A stretch of 20,000 nt of DNA from Balamuthia mandrillaris. Lineage: Eukaryota. Where the stretch lies: the NCBI GenBank assembly GCA_031835245.2, contig JAVKOQ020000075.1, forward strand, positions 180,807 to 200,806, written 5' to 3'. A program made the position numbers and the translations under genes. Of this stretch, positions 10,802-19,582 are shown piece after piece (position 1 is the first letter of the stretch; each line of letters begins with the position of its first letter). Below the pieces are notes generated by a model. The model had not been told where the DNA came from. It searched no databases and was given only the letters and a program-made list of their open reading frames with translations.

Positions 10802-11259
10802 TAACGAAATGAATTTTATTATAAAATATAGGGATTAGCGATGAACTTGGCCAACATACTAACACCTGAAATGTTGGCTGGTGGTCGCCCTCCTCCTCGT
10901 CCTGTCAGAGCTTCAGCACCGGCCCCACAACATCCTCATCCCCATCCCGCATCTCCACTCCTTCACTCTGCAACAGCGGTTGTTCAAGGAGGAACGGGAG
11001 CACCTGAAGCAATAACAACAGTAGATACTCCCACCACGTCTTCAGGTTTGCTTTTCTTCTTCATTCTTCTTTTCCATTCATTCATTGCTGATATTTTACA
11101 ACAAAATGAAAAGAGGACGATAAGTTCGTGGATACGTTTTTGCAAGTGCGCAAGGCTCGAGCAATGGGGGCGAGGGGCAGAAGGCCGCCTACTCGTGCAA
11201 AACGATCTGCTGATGCCACGTCGTCCTCCGAAGCCGCTCAGCAAAACGAAGAAAACTGA
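9161..11259 (+). CDS. Triple CUE/UBA-like, coiled-coil protein with a C-terminal candidate CPI motif
   Basis: Exons 9161-9275, 9355-9649, 9788-10047, 10111-10760, 10832-11046 and 11114-11259 are phase-consistent. CUE-like units: LMGRFRIIPRAEIESIYEECGRDYEKTVEELL, LKKQFADLPEDTVTTVLTNTNYNKDKAIEELL, LVLIFGKYVEEFEVREALVNSDWDVRKATVEL. E/K/R-rich coils and a Pro-rich tail follow, then LQVRKARAMGARGRRPPTR. Confidence 0.8.
10771..10798 (+). repeat. (CT)n microsatellite in intron
   Basis: Perfect CT run inside intron 10761-10831. Confidence 0.9.
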
Positions 11260-11299
11260 ACGCGACGTTTTGATACGGGTTCTCTGCCAAAGATGAACG

Positions 11300-12002
11300 T
11301 TATGTGTAGTTCGTCTTCGTTTTCCGTTCCTTTCGCTGTTTCTTTTGTTTCTTCTTTTCTTTCTTTTTCTGCTTCTTTTCTTTCTTTTGTTCCTTTTTCT
11401 TCTTCTTTGTAGAGCTCTGCTTTTCACATTGCTTTTGTACCTCCTGCTTCTCCGCTTTCATTCCGCGGTCGCTCGCACTTGGCCCACCATTCACTTCTTT
11501 TGCCTTTTCTTCTCGCGCTTCTTGATGCTGTAGTTTTATGCTGCCCAATCGCTCCTTCTTTTCATGCTCCTCCTCTTCTTTGTCGCTCGTGTTATTATTG
11601 TTGTTGTTTTCGACTGGTTCTTGAAAAGAAGAGCCACACCATTGCTTAAACGCTTCCACTAACAAATAAAGCAAAAAAATATCAGTTTCTTTTTGTTTGA
11701 ATTCGAATAAGAGTAAAGAAAGAAAGAACAAAAAGACAAGAAAAAGGTGAAGAGAAAGAAAGGACAAGAAAACTTCCGAGAAAGGAAACAAAGCGGCGGC
11801 AGCAGCAGAAGAGACAGGCAAGGACCCAAAAATTACACTATGCCAAAGTGGCAAGAAAGAGAGTCGCCAAAAAACAATGCCAAACGGAATGAAAAAAGGA
11901 AGAAAACGGGTCGCTCCTGAACAGCACTTTGGAAAAGAACAAGGCGAAAACACAAAGAAAGAAAAAAAAATATTCCTGAGGCTACGTACACGCAGGCATC
12001 AT
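11300..12002 (-). CDS. Putative small lysine-rich low-complexity protein
   Basis: Exon 11658-11300 follows a poly-T...TAG acceptor. A GTACGT donor at 11989 is phase-compatible, giving MMPA-L-EAFKQWCG...KKKKKEQKKEKKQKKKEKKKQKKQRKERKTKTNYT*. The 5' end is uncertain because the frame stays open to about 12347. Confidence 0.45.
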
Positions 12003-12346
12003 TTGACGTAACGCTCTCTCTCTCTGTGACGACTTTGCGCTGCCCGTCAAAAAAAAAGCTGCCCTGTTGGTGTGGCAAAGTTTCGTCAGGTTTTCTGTCG
12101 ACTTGAATAATAATTCAGGATGGGCCAATAGCAAGGCGGGTTGGTGTTTTCCACGCTTTTTCTCCCCCTCCCAACCAAACGACAGTGTCGCTAGGCCGGG
12201 AATAAAAAAACGCAACACGAGCTTGTTGCCATTATGCACTTTCATTTCATTCTCTTGAACGGTTGAAAAAACAAATATCACCTCTCCACTCATACTTGGG
12301 GAGCACCATTGACTTAATTGTGTTGGAACGAAGGAGATAGCGGACA

Positions 12347-12694
12347 ATGGAAGCAGAGAGAGGAGGCGCAGTCATACACCTGTTGAGGCACTGTCAGTTC
12401 CTGGGAGCGGCCACGCCCTTGACTGTTGAAGAGTTAATAGTGGAGGACAAGGAACCTCTCTCCAAGGTCGGTTTTTTGGATGCGCAAGAGGAAGCCGTCT
12501 CATCTGAGCTGCTGGGAACCAACACGAAGGTCTCTTTGGTGGAGGAACTCTCGGTCCCTTCTTCCTCTGCTTCGTTTATTTCAGGCGAGGCGACGCAGAC
12601 AATGCAAGACAGCAACCACTTGGTAGCCAACACGGAGGAAGCACCAGGAGACAAGAAAGAGCATTGGGAAACCGCATTTTATCGAGGTGCATAG
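12347..12694 (+). CDS. Hypothetical acidic 115-aa protein
   Basis: ATG in an acaATGG context, an open frame, and GC-richer sequence than the T-rich flanks. No recognisable domain. Confidence 0.35.
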   Translation: MEAERGGAVIHLLRHCQFLGAATPLTVEELIVEDKEPLSKVGFLDAQEEAVSSELLGTNTKVSLVEELSVPSSSASFISGEATQTMQDSNHLVANTEEAPGDKKEHWETAFYRGA

Positions 12695-13005
12695 CAAAGT
12701 TACCTGTGCTTTTCTTTGGAGCGACTCTCCTTTTTTGTTTTGTTCAGTTTTTCTATAGGTGCTGTTTTATTGTTTTGATTTGTAAACATAGACTCTTTTT
12801 CAACATTGGACTTTTTACTCTGGTGTGGCTGGTTCCTCCTCCCATGTATTGTAGCCTACCCAACTTTACCAGACAAAAAATAAATAATAATAAATTAAGG
12901 AACCACAGGCCAAACAAGCACACATAGAGGAAGGAGGTTGAAGAGAGAGGAGTATGCATCAGAGAGATAGAGAGAAGCGATATCTCCAACTGGAAGTTAA
13001 GCTGT

Positions 13006-14258
13006 TTATGGATGAAACTCAATGGCGACTTGCTGATACGTTGTCTTACCGTCATTGCGAAGACCATGAGAGCGACCAGCTGGCGCATAAATCACGTCCC
13101 CGACCTCCAACCTCTCTCCTCCCGGCAGCAACGTAGCTTGTCCTTTTTCCACCAGCAACAATGCATCGTGCGCATCTACATGAGCACTGAGTGATTTGCC
13201 CTTGGGCAAACGGAAGGCATGCCCTTGCAGTTCTGAGAGAGTCTCGGTTGGTGCTGTGATGAAGACGTGTTCTTTGACGCTTTGAGTTTGTGTGGCTAAG
13301 TTCATTGCTCGTAAGATGGTGGCTGAGCCAAGACCACCGCTGGTTCCTCCCAAAGCTCGCTTGACGATCAACGGAGGCAATGTCGTTGCCGAACGATTTG
13401 TTGTCTTTTCTTCTTTGAAGAAACGAATGGAGAGGTAGCTGCTGTGAGGTGAGCTTAAACCAGTGATTGTGTGAGCAAGGTTGGCAGGATGGTAGATGAT
13501 ATCTCCTTTTTTAGCGATGGTTTCTTCTGGTAGTTCTTCCGGAAAGACTTGTCTTTCCTCTTCCGTGAAAGGTCCCCAATCATACTTTCCAGGAACAGGG
13601 AGGCGAGTAATCCTCACTTCTCCCTCGGTGACGTACATCAATTCTGCTTCTGGGTGAAGATGGGGTGGGTGAGGCGTCGCGAATCTCTGGAGGATGTGCC
13701 GGCTGATATGAAGTCTATCTAGTACAGGCGTTTTTGTGTCCAGCAGAGTGTAAGACGTATTTGTTTGGTGTAATTGTGACAGATGGAAGACAGATGTATC
13801 TGCAAGTGGAGGGCGGTGAGCACTTCTAGGAAGAGGAGCTTCCACAGCGCTGGGAGAACCCTCTTCCAGGCTGTCATGATAGAGGCTGCTCAGACGCAAG
13901 CCAGGTCGAAAGAATCGTGGAATATGTTCGGAGAACGCCTCATAGTTGGTGGGCACCAGAACGTTGTTCATCTTACTAAAGTCTTCGTCCAACGTGCCAG
14001 TGATCCATATGGTGGGAGGCATTAACGAATAAACTCTATAAGGAGGATTATATTCCATCGGTCTGCGAACAACGCAGTGTCCGGCCATGTATTGGATGAC
14101 CATAGCGTCTCGTGATTCACCAGTTGGATTCACCGATCCATGCCATGTCTGTTGAGTTCAAACCAGGTTAGTATGACCAGAAGGAAATCAAGCGATAAGA
14201 GCCGAACAATAGAGATACTAAACGGCAACGAAGTAAGGTTCATAAGTGAGAAATGAAA

Positions 14259-14319
<61 letters not shown>

Positions 14320-15114
14320 GACCTGGCCCTGGAAGACGATAAATTCACCATTGGACATATCGTGTCTAATAAGCTTGGAATCTGCGTCGACCCTGAACTT
14401 GGCAGCCTCTACCATCTGTACCATGTTCAGGTTCTCATTCTCTGTGAGCGTCACGTCCTGGTTCTGTAGTTCTTGAGGGAGGAACTTGCTGCGGAAGGTC
14501 CGCGTTAGAATCATGAGCGACGTGTTGAGGTTGGTGTTCTGGAGGCCCATCCACACCGTGGCCGTCTCCTTGCACTGCCTTGTTTCCACGTCGACATGCC
14601 AACGGTGTGCCGTGTCCACTCCTCGGTGCGCCAAGATTGTGCCCATCAGGATAAGGTTTGGGCCCAGGAGGGCCTGTATGTGAGTCACGAGGGTGGGATG
14701 GAGTGCCAATGAGAGCAACAAGGAGGAGGAGAAGAAGCGGTTCTTGTCCCAAGGCACGCGTGGGGAATGCAGCTTCTCCGCCTTGTAGGCAGCATCGCGC
14801 AGAGCCGGCAGTTCTTCTTCCTCCAACAACGGAAAGGGACCGATGACTCCCTCCTCCCAAAACTGTTTATTCCAGAAGGCATCGCTCTGGCTTTGCCAAG
14901 GTCGTGGTTGCCGGATGATGACGTCCTCTGGGTTGAGGCCGGATAGGTCTTGTCCGCCATAGGAGGGCGCTGCGGACCGACGAGAGAGAGCCGAGAAAGT
15001 AAGCGAAACCCCCAGAAAGTCTTGAGGATAAGGTAGAGCCGTTTCTATCTGAAAGTAAAGGAAGGGCACCATGGCTAACAGAAACAGAGATAACCACAGC
15101 AAGCGCGCTTTCAT
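13006..15114 (-). CDS. Signal-bearing PhyH-family 2OG-Fe(II) dioxygenase fused to two cupin domains (about 644 aa)
   Basis: Exons 15114-14323 and 14148-13006; the intron has a (CT)n tract and a CTAAC branch point. Hydrophobic N-terminus. PhyH: QFWEEGVIGPFPLL...LALHPTLVTHIQALLGPNL...HRWHVD...TVWMGL...MSNGEFIVFQGQ|TWHGSVNPTGESRDAMVIQY. Cupin 1: PPHLHPEAELMYVTEGE...GDIIYHPANLAH. Cupin 2: AHVDAHDALLLVEKG...GDVIYAPAGRSHGLRN. Confidence 0.87.
14264..14314. repeat. (GA)n/(CT)n microsatellite in the PhyH-cupin intron
   Basis: About 25 perfect GA units. Confidence 0.95.
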
Positions 15115-15412
15115 ATTCCGCCCTTGTTTATGCAAAGACACGGCTTTCTTTTGTTTTATTCCAGATCCTTCTGCCAACCTTACAGGCTGGTGTCGACGCC
15201 TTTTCCATTTCTTAGAAATACTTTTTTGGTTGACAGTTGCTACTACCGTTACGCAACGATCCGGTGACCTCACTTCGGTGGTTCTCTCTTTCTGCAACGA
15301 GCAAGGCGCAAAGACCGAAACAAAGAAGTTTAACGATGGCGAAACAAGGAGAAATCGCTTTAATGAAGGTAATCCAGTTTATTTGTTGATGGTTGGGTGT
15401 TCGATCGAAACT

Positions 15413-16292
15413 TCAGAAAACGAAGGGCGCCAGTCTATCCGCAAAGGATCCGTCGCTTCCGCCAGCTACATATCCTTCCACGGCCAACAAGAATACATCC
15501 CTCCATTCCTCCGTCATCAGCTCAGGTATCTCCTTCTCTTTCTTCGGGGGATGAACGTATGTTCTAGCTTCGTAATTCCAGCCCAGATAGATCAGCTGTC
15601 CAGCTCCAAAGCGCATGGTAAAAACGGCACAGGCGTCCACGCCGTCCTCCTGGCCACCATAAATGCAAACAGCACCCTCCGGCCAATCAGCCTCCATATT
15701 GACCACGGTATCGTAGCGCCAATTACCCAAAGCCTCGGGACCGTTCTCAAAGGGTGTGCCCTCCGCTGCTTCGGTCTTTTTAAACGGCTCCCCCGTGATC
15801 GGTTCCTCAGCGAAGGGGTACCCTTCGATCCCCTTGAGGCTGAGGGACAATGTGGCGCTAAGGGCTTGCAAGTTGGCTGACCAGACAACCACCCCGCCTT
15901 CGTTGAGGTACGTGCTCAACAAGTCCATTTGTTCGAAAAGGTCGAGGAGGTTGTATTCGACTTCGGGGACTATGAAGACGGGAGCTCCGGAGAGAACTTC
16001 CATGGCTTGCTCCGTAACTTGGTTGTTGTTGCCTTCGTCAAAAAGGTCGGTGATGGCCACGTTGCTGCAAGAACAGGAGAAAGAAAAAGTTGGGATTGCC
16101 CTCGTAAATTCCGAAAAGCTCCATGTCTTCCAGTTTAATGTTCTCGGTGACATTCTGATCAGCTAGGAGGACCACGTTCAATGGGTGCGGAGCCTGTTCG
16201 CCCCAGTCGCCGGACAAGGTCCATAGCCGCCCGCTGGCAGTAAGGGCTGCGGACAGCAGCACCAAGGTTATGCAGAAATGAGAAGGGGGCAT
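15413..16292 (-). pseudogene. Secreted alpha/beta protein (class I GATase-like/DUF4350/ThuA-like fold) split by a frameshift near 16040-16055; pseudogene or assembly error
   Basis: ORF 16292-16038 carries a signal peptide, NVVLLAD and LLFLQQRGHH. The overlapping frame continues DLFDEG...VLSGAPVFIVPEVE...LLSTYLNEGGVVVWS...RFGAGQLIYLGWNY. No phase-compatible GT-AG intron was found. Confidence 0.6.
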
Positions 16293-16374
16293 CGGTATGA
16301 ATGTGTTGTGTATGCTGTTTGTGCTCTTGTTGTTTGTGTAAAGTACGAACGAAGATGATAAAAGAGAGATGGTG

Positions 16375-16564
16375 TGTTAGCAGAGTAAATAGGTATATGG
16401 GAAAAGAGTATGTATTGTAGTCTGTAACTGTAGAGATAAACATAAAGATAGTGTTGGTATAAAAAGGATTGGTATCGTGGTCCTTATGGTGGTTTCGTGT
16501 TATCGTGTTCGTGTTCGTTCCTTCCTTATGTGGGGTAATGAGATGAGGGGTCACTCAATTAACA
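16375..16564 (-). repeat. 3' LTR
   Basis: TGTTAGCAGAG...CAATTAACA, identical to 19393-19582, with TGTT/AACA terminal inverted repeats. Confidence 0.97.
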
Positions 16565-19328
16565 CTCCCACTTGATCCCGATTCTCTTGTCTCATTCCGA
16601 TGTCCGTGATTAGTTTGACGTGTTTGTCTCGCGGTAGGGGTTTGGTCAGAACATCGGCGGGCATCTCGTCGCTGGCCATGTACTCCAGCTTGATGGTACC
16701 CTTCTTGGTTTCTTCCCTGATCTTGTGGTGTCGAATGTCGATGTGCTTTGTTCTGGAGTGGTTTCCTGGGTTCTTGGACAGTTCGATACATCCAATGTTG
16801 TCCTCGTAGATGATGGTAGGTCCCTCTTGGGTTTCTCCGATATCGTCTAGCAGTCTTCTTAACCAGATAGCTTCTTTGGTTGCTTCGGTGATACTCATAT
16901 ATTCGGCTTCGGTTGTAGATAGCGCGACGGTCTTCTGTTTTCTCGATTGCCATGATATTGGTCCTCCGCAGAATTTGAAGACATATCCCGTGGTCGATCT
17001 TCTTGAGTCGATGTTGTTGGCGTAGTCGGCGTCGGCGTATCCAATAAGTTTCGAAGCGTTAGCGTCGTTGGTGTCGAAGGTGATACCGTGGTTTCTTGTT
17101 CCGTTGAGGTAGCGAAAGATTCTTTTTAGGGCTTTCCAGTGTTCCACTTTGGGGTCAGCTGTGAATCTAGCGAGCTCGTTAACGGCAAATGCTATGTCGG
17201 GTCTGGTTCCGGTGGCTGCGTACATTAAGCTTCCGATTGCGTTTCGGTAAGGAACCTTGGGGTCGAGCTTCCTCGAATTGCTATACTTCGTTAGCTTTAC
17301 TCCCACTTGCGTTGGGGTGTCGATTGGCCTGCTTTTGTGCATGTTGTACTTCTCGAGCATATTGCTGATGTAGGTAGGTTGGAGTAGTGTTGTGCGTCGG
17401 TTCTGTCGGTCGCGTTTGATCTGGATTCCGAGGATGAATTGGGCTGGTCCCAAGTCCTTCACGTCGTAGTGTGACTTCAAGTCGTTCTTGAACTTGTTGA
17501 TGTTCTCGGTTGTTCCCGCGATCAGTAGGTCGTCAACGTACAGTCCGATGATGATGATGTTGTTGTTCTCCCATTTGAAGTAGATGCAGCAGTCGGCTGA
17601 TGCTTTTTCGAAGCCAAGGTCAACGAGAGTGCTATCAAATTCTCCAGCGACTCCGTTCTGCTCCGGTGTATGGGGTGCAGACGTTTGGGTTTGTATACCG
17701 TTCTTGTGTAGGTGGTTTCTGAAGTTTTTGCTAATGTATTCGCCGCCGTTGTCGCTTCGTAGTGCCTTGATCCTTTTGCCGCTTTGGTTGGTGGCCAAAG
17801 CTTCGAATTCTTGGAATCGTTCCAGTGCACCGTCCTTCGTGGCCAGTCCGTAGACCCAGGTTCGTCTGGTCAGGTCGTCCGTGAAGGTAATGAAGTATCT
17901 GGACCCTCCGATGGAGGTCTGCATTGGTCCGCATATGTCCGTGTGCACTAATTCGAGCTTCTCTGTGGCTCGAGTGGCTGGTTCTGTACTAACGGGGTTT
18001 CGGGATTGCTTGCCCTTGAGGCAGGCAGTACACGGTGCGAGGGTTGCGCCGCTGGGTATATCAATTCCGTTCGTGATCTTCGGTAGTTCCTTCAGCTTTT
18101 CAATGCTGATGTGGCCCAAACGTTTGTGCCATTCGTCCACTGCGGTATTAGCGTGCTCTTTTCGCGGCTCTGGTTTGCCTTGGAGGTGGTATAGTCCGTC
18201 TTCCTCCAATATTCCGATACCGATGACCATTCCGTCCTGTTTGAGTCTGGTGACTCCGCCGGATGAGGAAATGGTTATTCCTCTTCGGTCCAGGGTCGTC
18301 GTGGATATTAGCGTTTTGTCGAATCCGTCGACGTAGAGTACATCTTGGAAAACACACGTTTCGTGTCCGTACTTTGTCTCTGTTATATAACGTAGGTTAC
18401 CAGCTTCCGTGGCGGTTATCTTTTCGCCGTTTGCAAAGTAGACCTTGGTTGGTTTTGTTGGCTTACAGTCCGTTAGCAGGCCTTTGTTACCCGTCATGTG
18501 GCAGGATGCTCCGGAGTCCAAGATTATGTCTCCGGTTGGTGATCCTCCTTTGAGCGACACGTTCATCATTCGCTCTCCTTTCTTTTTCTTACTACCGTTC
18601 TGACTGCGGCAGTTCTTCGCTATGTGTCCAAATCCATGGCACTTGTAGCACTCGATATCTTTATCTTTCTTCTCTCGGCGACCGTGGTCCTTTCTGTTTC
18701 CACGTTGTCTATGGCGTCCGTACATGATTGATTCGCCTTTGCCGTCGAACTTGCTTTTCTTTCGGGCAGCTTCGAGTCTAAGTTTGTCCAATATCTCCTC
18801 GTAGGTGCTGCTGTCCTTCAAGGATAGCGTTAGCGAAGAAGAGACGTGCTCCAGGCTTTCTGGTAAGCTGTTTAGGAGGTAGTGGATCTTTTCGTCCTCA
18901 GGTATCGAAGCGTTGCTGAAGATTAGGTCCGCCTCGCCGATCAAGCTGTCGAACTTATCGAGGTGTTTGTCGAGGTCCTGATTGTCCCTCATTTTCGTAG
19001 CAAGTTTGGTGCGGAGCTCGGTCCTTCTAGTGGCGTCGGCCTTGTCGTATTTCTCGCAAAGCCTATCCCACTGTTCTTTCGCGCTTTCAAGGTTCGTCAC
19101 CCGTCTCAAGAGTGGTAGGGTGAGACAGCTACAGATCAAACCGCTGGCTATGGCGTCGTTCGCCGGATTAAACTCGATGTCTTCCTGCTTTTTGCTGCTG
19201 CTGGCTCCTATGGTTATCGTTCCGTCGACGTAGCCCCATACGCCCTTGCTCTTCAAGAGCGTTCTCATCTGGCATTTCCAATCCTGGAATCCATGTCCGT
19301 CGAACGGTTTGATTTTCAACTTGCCCAT
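16551..19328 (-). CDS. Copia Gag-Pol polyprotein, 925 aa, with in-frame IN/RT deletion
   Basis: Gag N-terminus FDGHGFQDWK, zinc knuckle CYKCHGFGHIAKNC, protease ILDSGASCHM, integrase HHCC (WHKRLGH..CTAC), VHTDICG, LRSDNGGEY and PEQNGVA. This is fused directly to the RT C-half (LGFEKASADCCIY, LYVDDLL), followed by RNase H (GYADADYA, STTEAEY, YEDN, HIDIRHH, ADVLTK). The stop codon lies inside the 3' LTR. Confidence 0.96.
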   Translation of the reverse strand: MGKLKIKPFDGHGFQDWKCQMRTLLKSKGVWGYVDGTITIGASSSKKQEDIEFNPANDAIASGLICSCLTLPLLRRVTNLESAKEQWDRLCEKYDKADATRRTELRTKLATKMRDNQDLDKHLDKFDSLIGEADLIFSNASIPEDEKIHYLLNSLPESLEHVSSSLTLSLKDSSTYEEILDKLRLEAARKKSKFDGKGESIMYGRHRQRGNRKDHGRREKKDKDIECYKCHGFGHIAKNCRSQNGSKKKKGERMMNVSLKGGSPTGDIILDSGASCHMTGNKGLLTDCKPTKPTKVYFANGEKITATEAGNLRYITETKYGHETCVFQDVLYVDGFDKTLISTTTLDRRGITISSSGGVTRLKQDGMVIGIGILEEDGLYHLQGKPEPRKEHANTAVDEWHKRLGHISIEKLKELPKITNGIDIPSGATLAPCTACLKGKQSRNPVSTEPATRATEKLELVHTDICGPMQTSIGGSRYFITFTDDLTRRTWVYGLATKDGALERFQEFEALATNQSGKRIKALRSDNGGEYISKNFRNHLHKNGIQTQTSAPHTPEQNGVAGEFDSTLVDLGFEKASADCCIYFKWENNNIIIIGLYVDDLLIAGTTENINKFKNDLKSHYDVKDLGPAQFILGIQIKRDRQNRRTTLLQPTYISNMLEKYNMHKSRPIDTPTQVGVKLTKYSNSRKLDPKVPYRNAIGSLMYAATGTRPDIAFAVNELARFTADPKVEHWKALKRIFRYLNGTRNHGITFDTNDANASKLIGYADADYANNIDSRRSTTGYVFKFCGGPISWQSRKQKTVALSTTEAEYMSITEATKEAIWLRRLLDDIGETQEGPTIIYEDNIGCIELSKNPGNHSRTKHIDIRHHKIREETKKGTIKLEYMASDEMPADVLTKPLPRDKHVKLITDIGMRQENRDQVGVLIE
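16565..16573 (-). other. Polypurine tract (short)
   Basis: Minus strand AAGTGGGAG lies immediately before the 3' LTR TGTT. Confidence 0.7.
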
Positions 19329-19378
19329 CGTGCAGTGTGTTTGAAGGAGATTGTGAGTGTAGCGGTTTTAGTTTGACT

Positions 19379-19392
19379 GTGGGCCCATAACC
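19379..19392 (-). other. Primer-binding site complementary to the anticodon arm of initiator tRNA-Met (half-tRNA priming)
   Basis: Minus strand GGTTATGGGCCCAC abuts the 5' LTR end AACA and has the same core as the Drosophila copia PBS. Confidence 0.9.
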
Positions 19393-19582
19393 TGTTAGCA
19401 GAGTAAATAGGTATATGGGAAAAGAGTATGTATTGTAGTCTGTAACTGTAGAGATAAACATAAAGATAGTGTTGGTATAAAAAGGATTGGTATCGTGGTC
19501 CTTATGGTGGTTTCGTGTTATCGTGTTCGTGTTCGTTCCTTCCTTATGTGGGGTAATGAGATGAGGGGTCACTCAATTAACA
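19393..19582 (-). repeat. 5' LTR
   Basis: Identical to 16375-16564 and flanked by the PBS and the TSD TGGTG. Confidence 0.97.

Larger units (their letters stand above)
16375..19582 (-). mobile_element. Ty1/copia LTR retrotransposon, internally deleted (non-autonomous), recent insertion, 3208 bp
   Basis: Two identical 190-bp TG...CA LTRs, 5-bp TSD TGGTG (16370-16374 and 19583-19587), PBS and PPT, and domain order gag-PR-IN-RT-RNaseH. Confidence 0.97.

Noticed and set aside
4999..11259. Apparent membrane-trafficking gene cluster (sorting nexin, p24, CUE-CPI)
   Set aside because: Different pathways and mixed orientation, with no shared motif; probably chance adjacency in a compact genome.
7350..15114. 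Two 2OG-Fe(II) oxygenases as a biosynthetic cluster
   Set aside because: Unrelated subfamilies separated by housekeeping genes, and no scaffold synthase in the window.
15071..15880. 269-aa plus-strand ORF, and other long antisense ORFs such as 9791-10306 and 17881-18336
   Set aside because: Shadows of real genes on the opposite strand, with no domain features.
16159..16554. ORFs 16159-16554 and 19168-19572 sharing an identical N-terminus
   Set aside because: Artefact of translating the two identical LTRs; non-ATG starts.
17635..17655. Copia deletion as a spliced subgenomic RNA product
   Set aside because: The expected parental sequence after GCT G is the Glu codon (GA[AG]), not a GT donor; this cannot be supported without the full-length copy.
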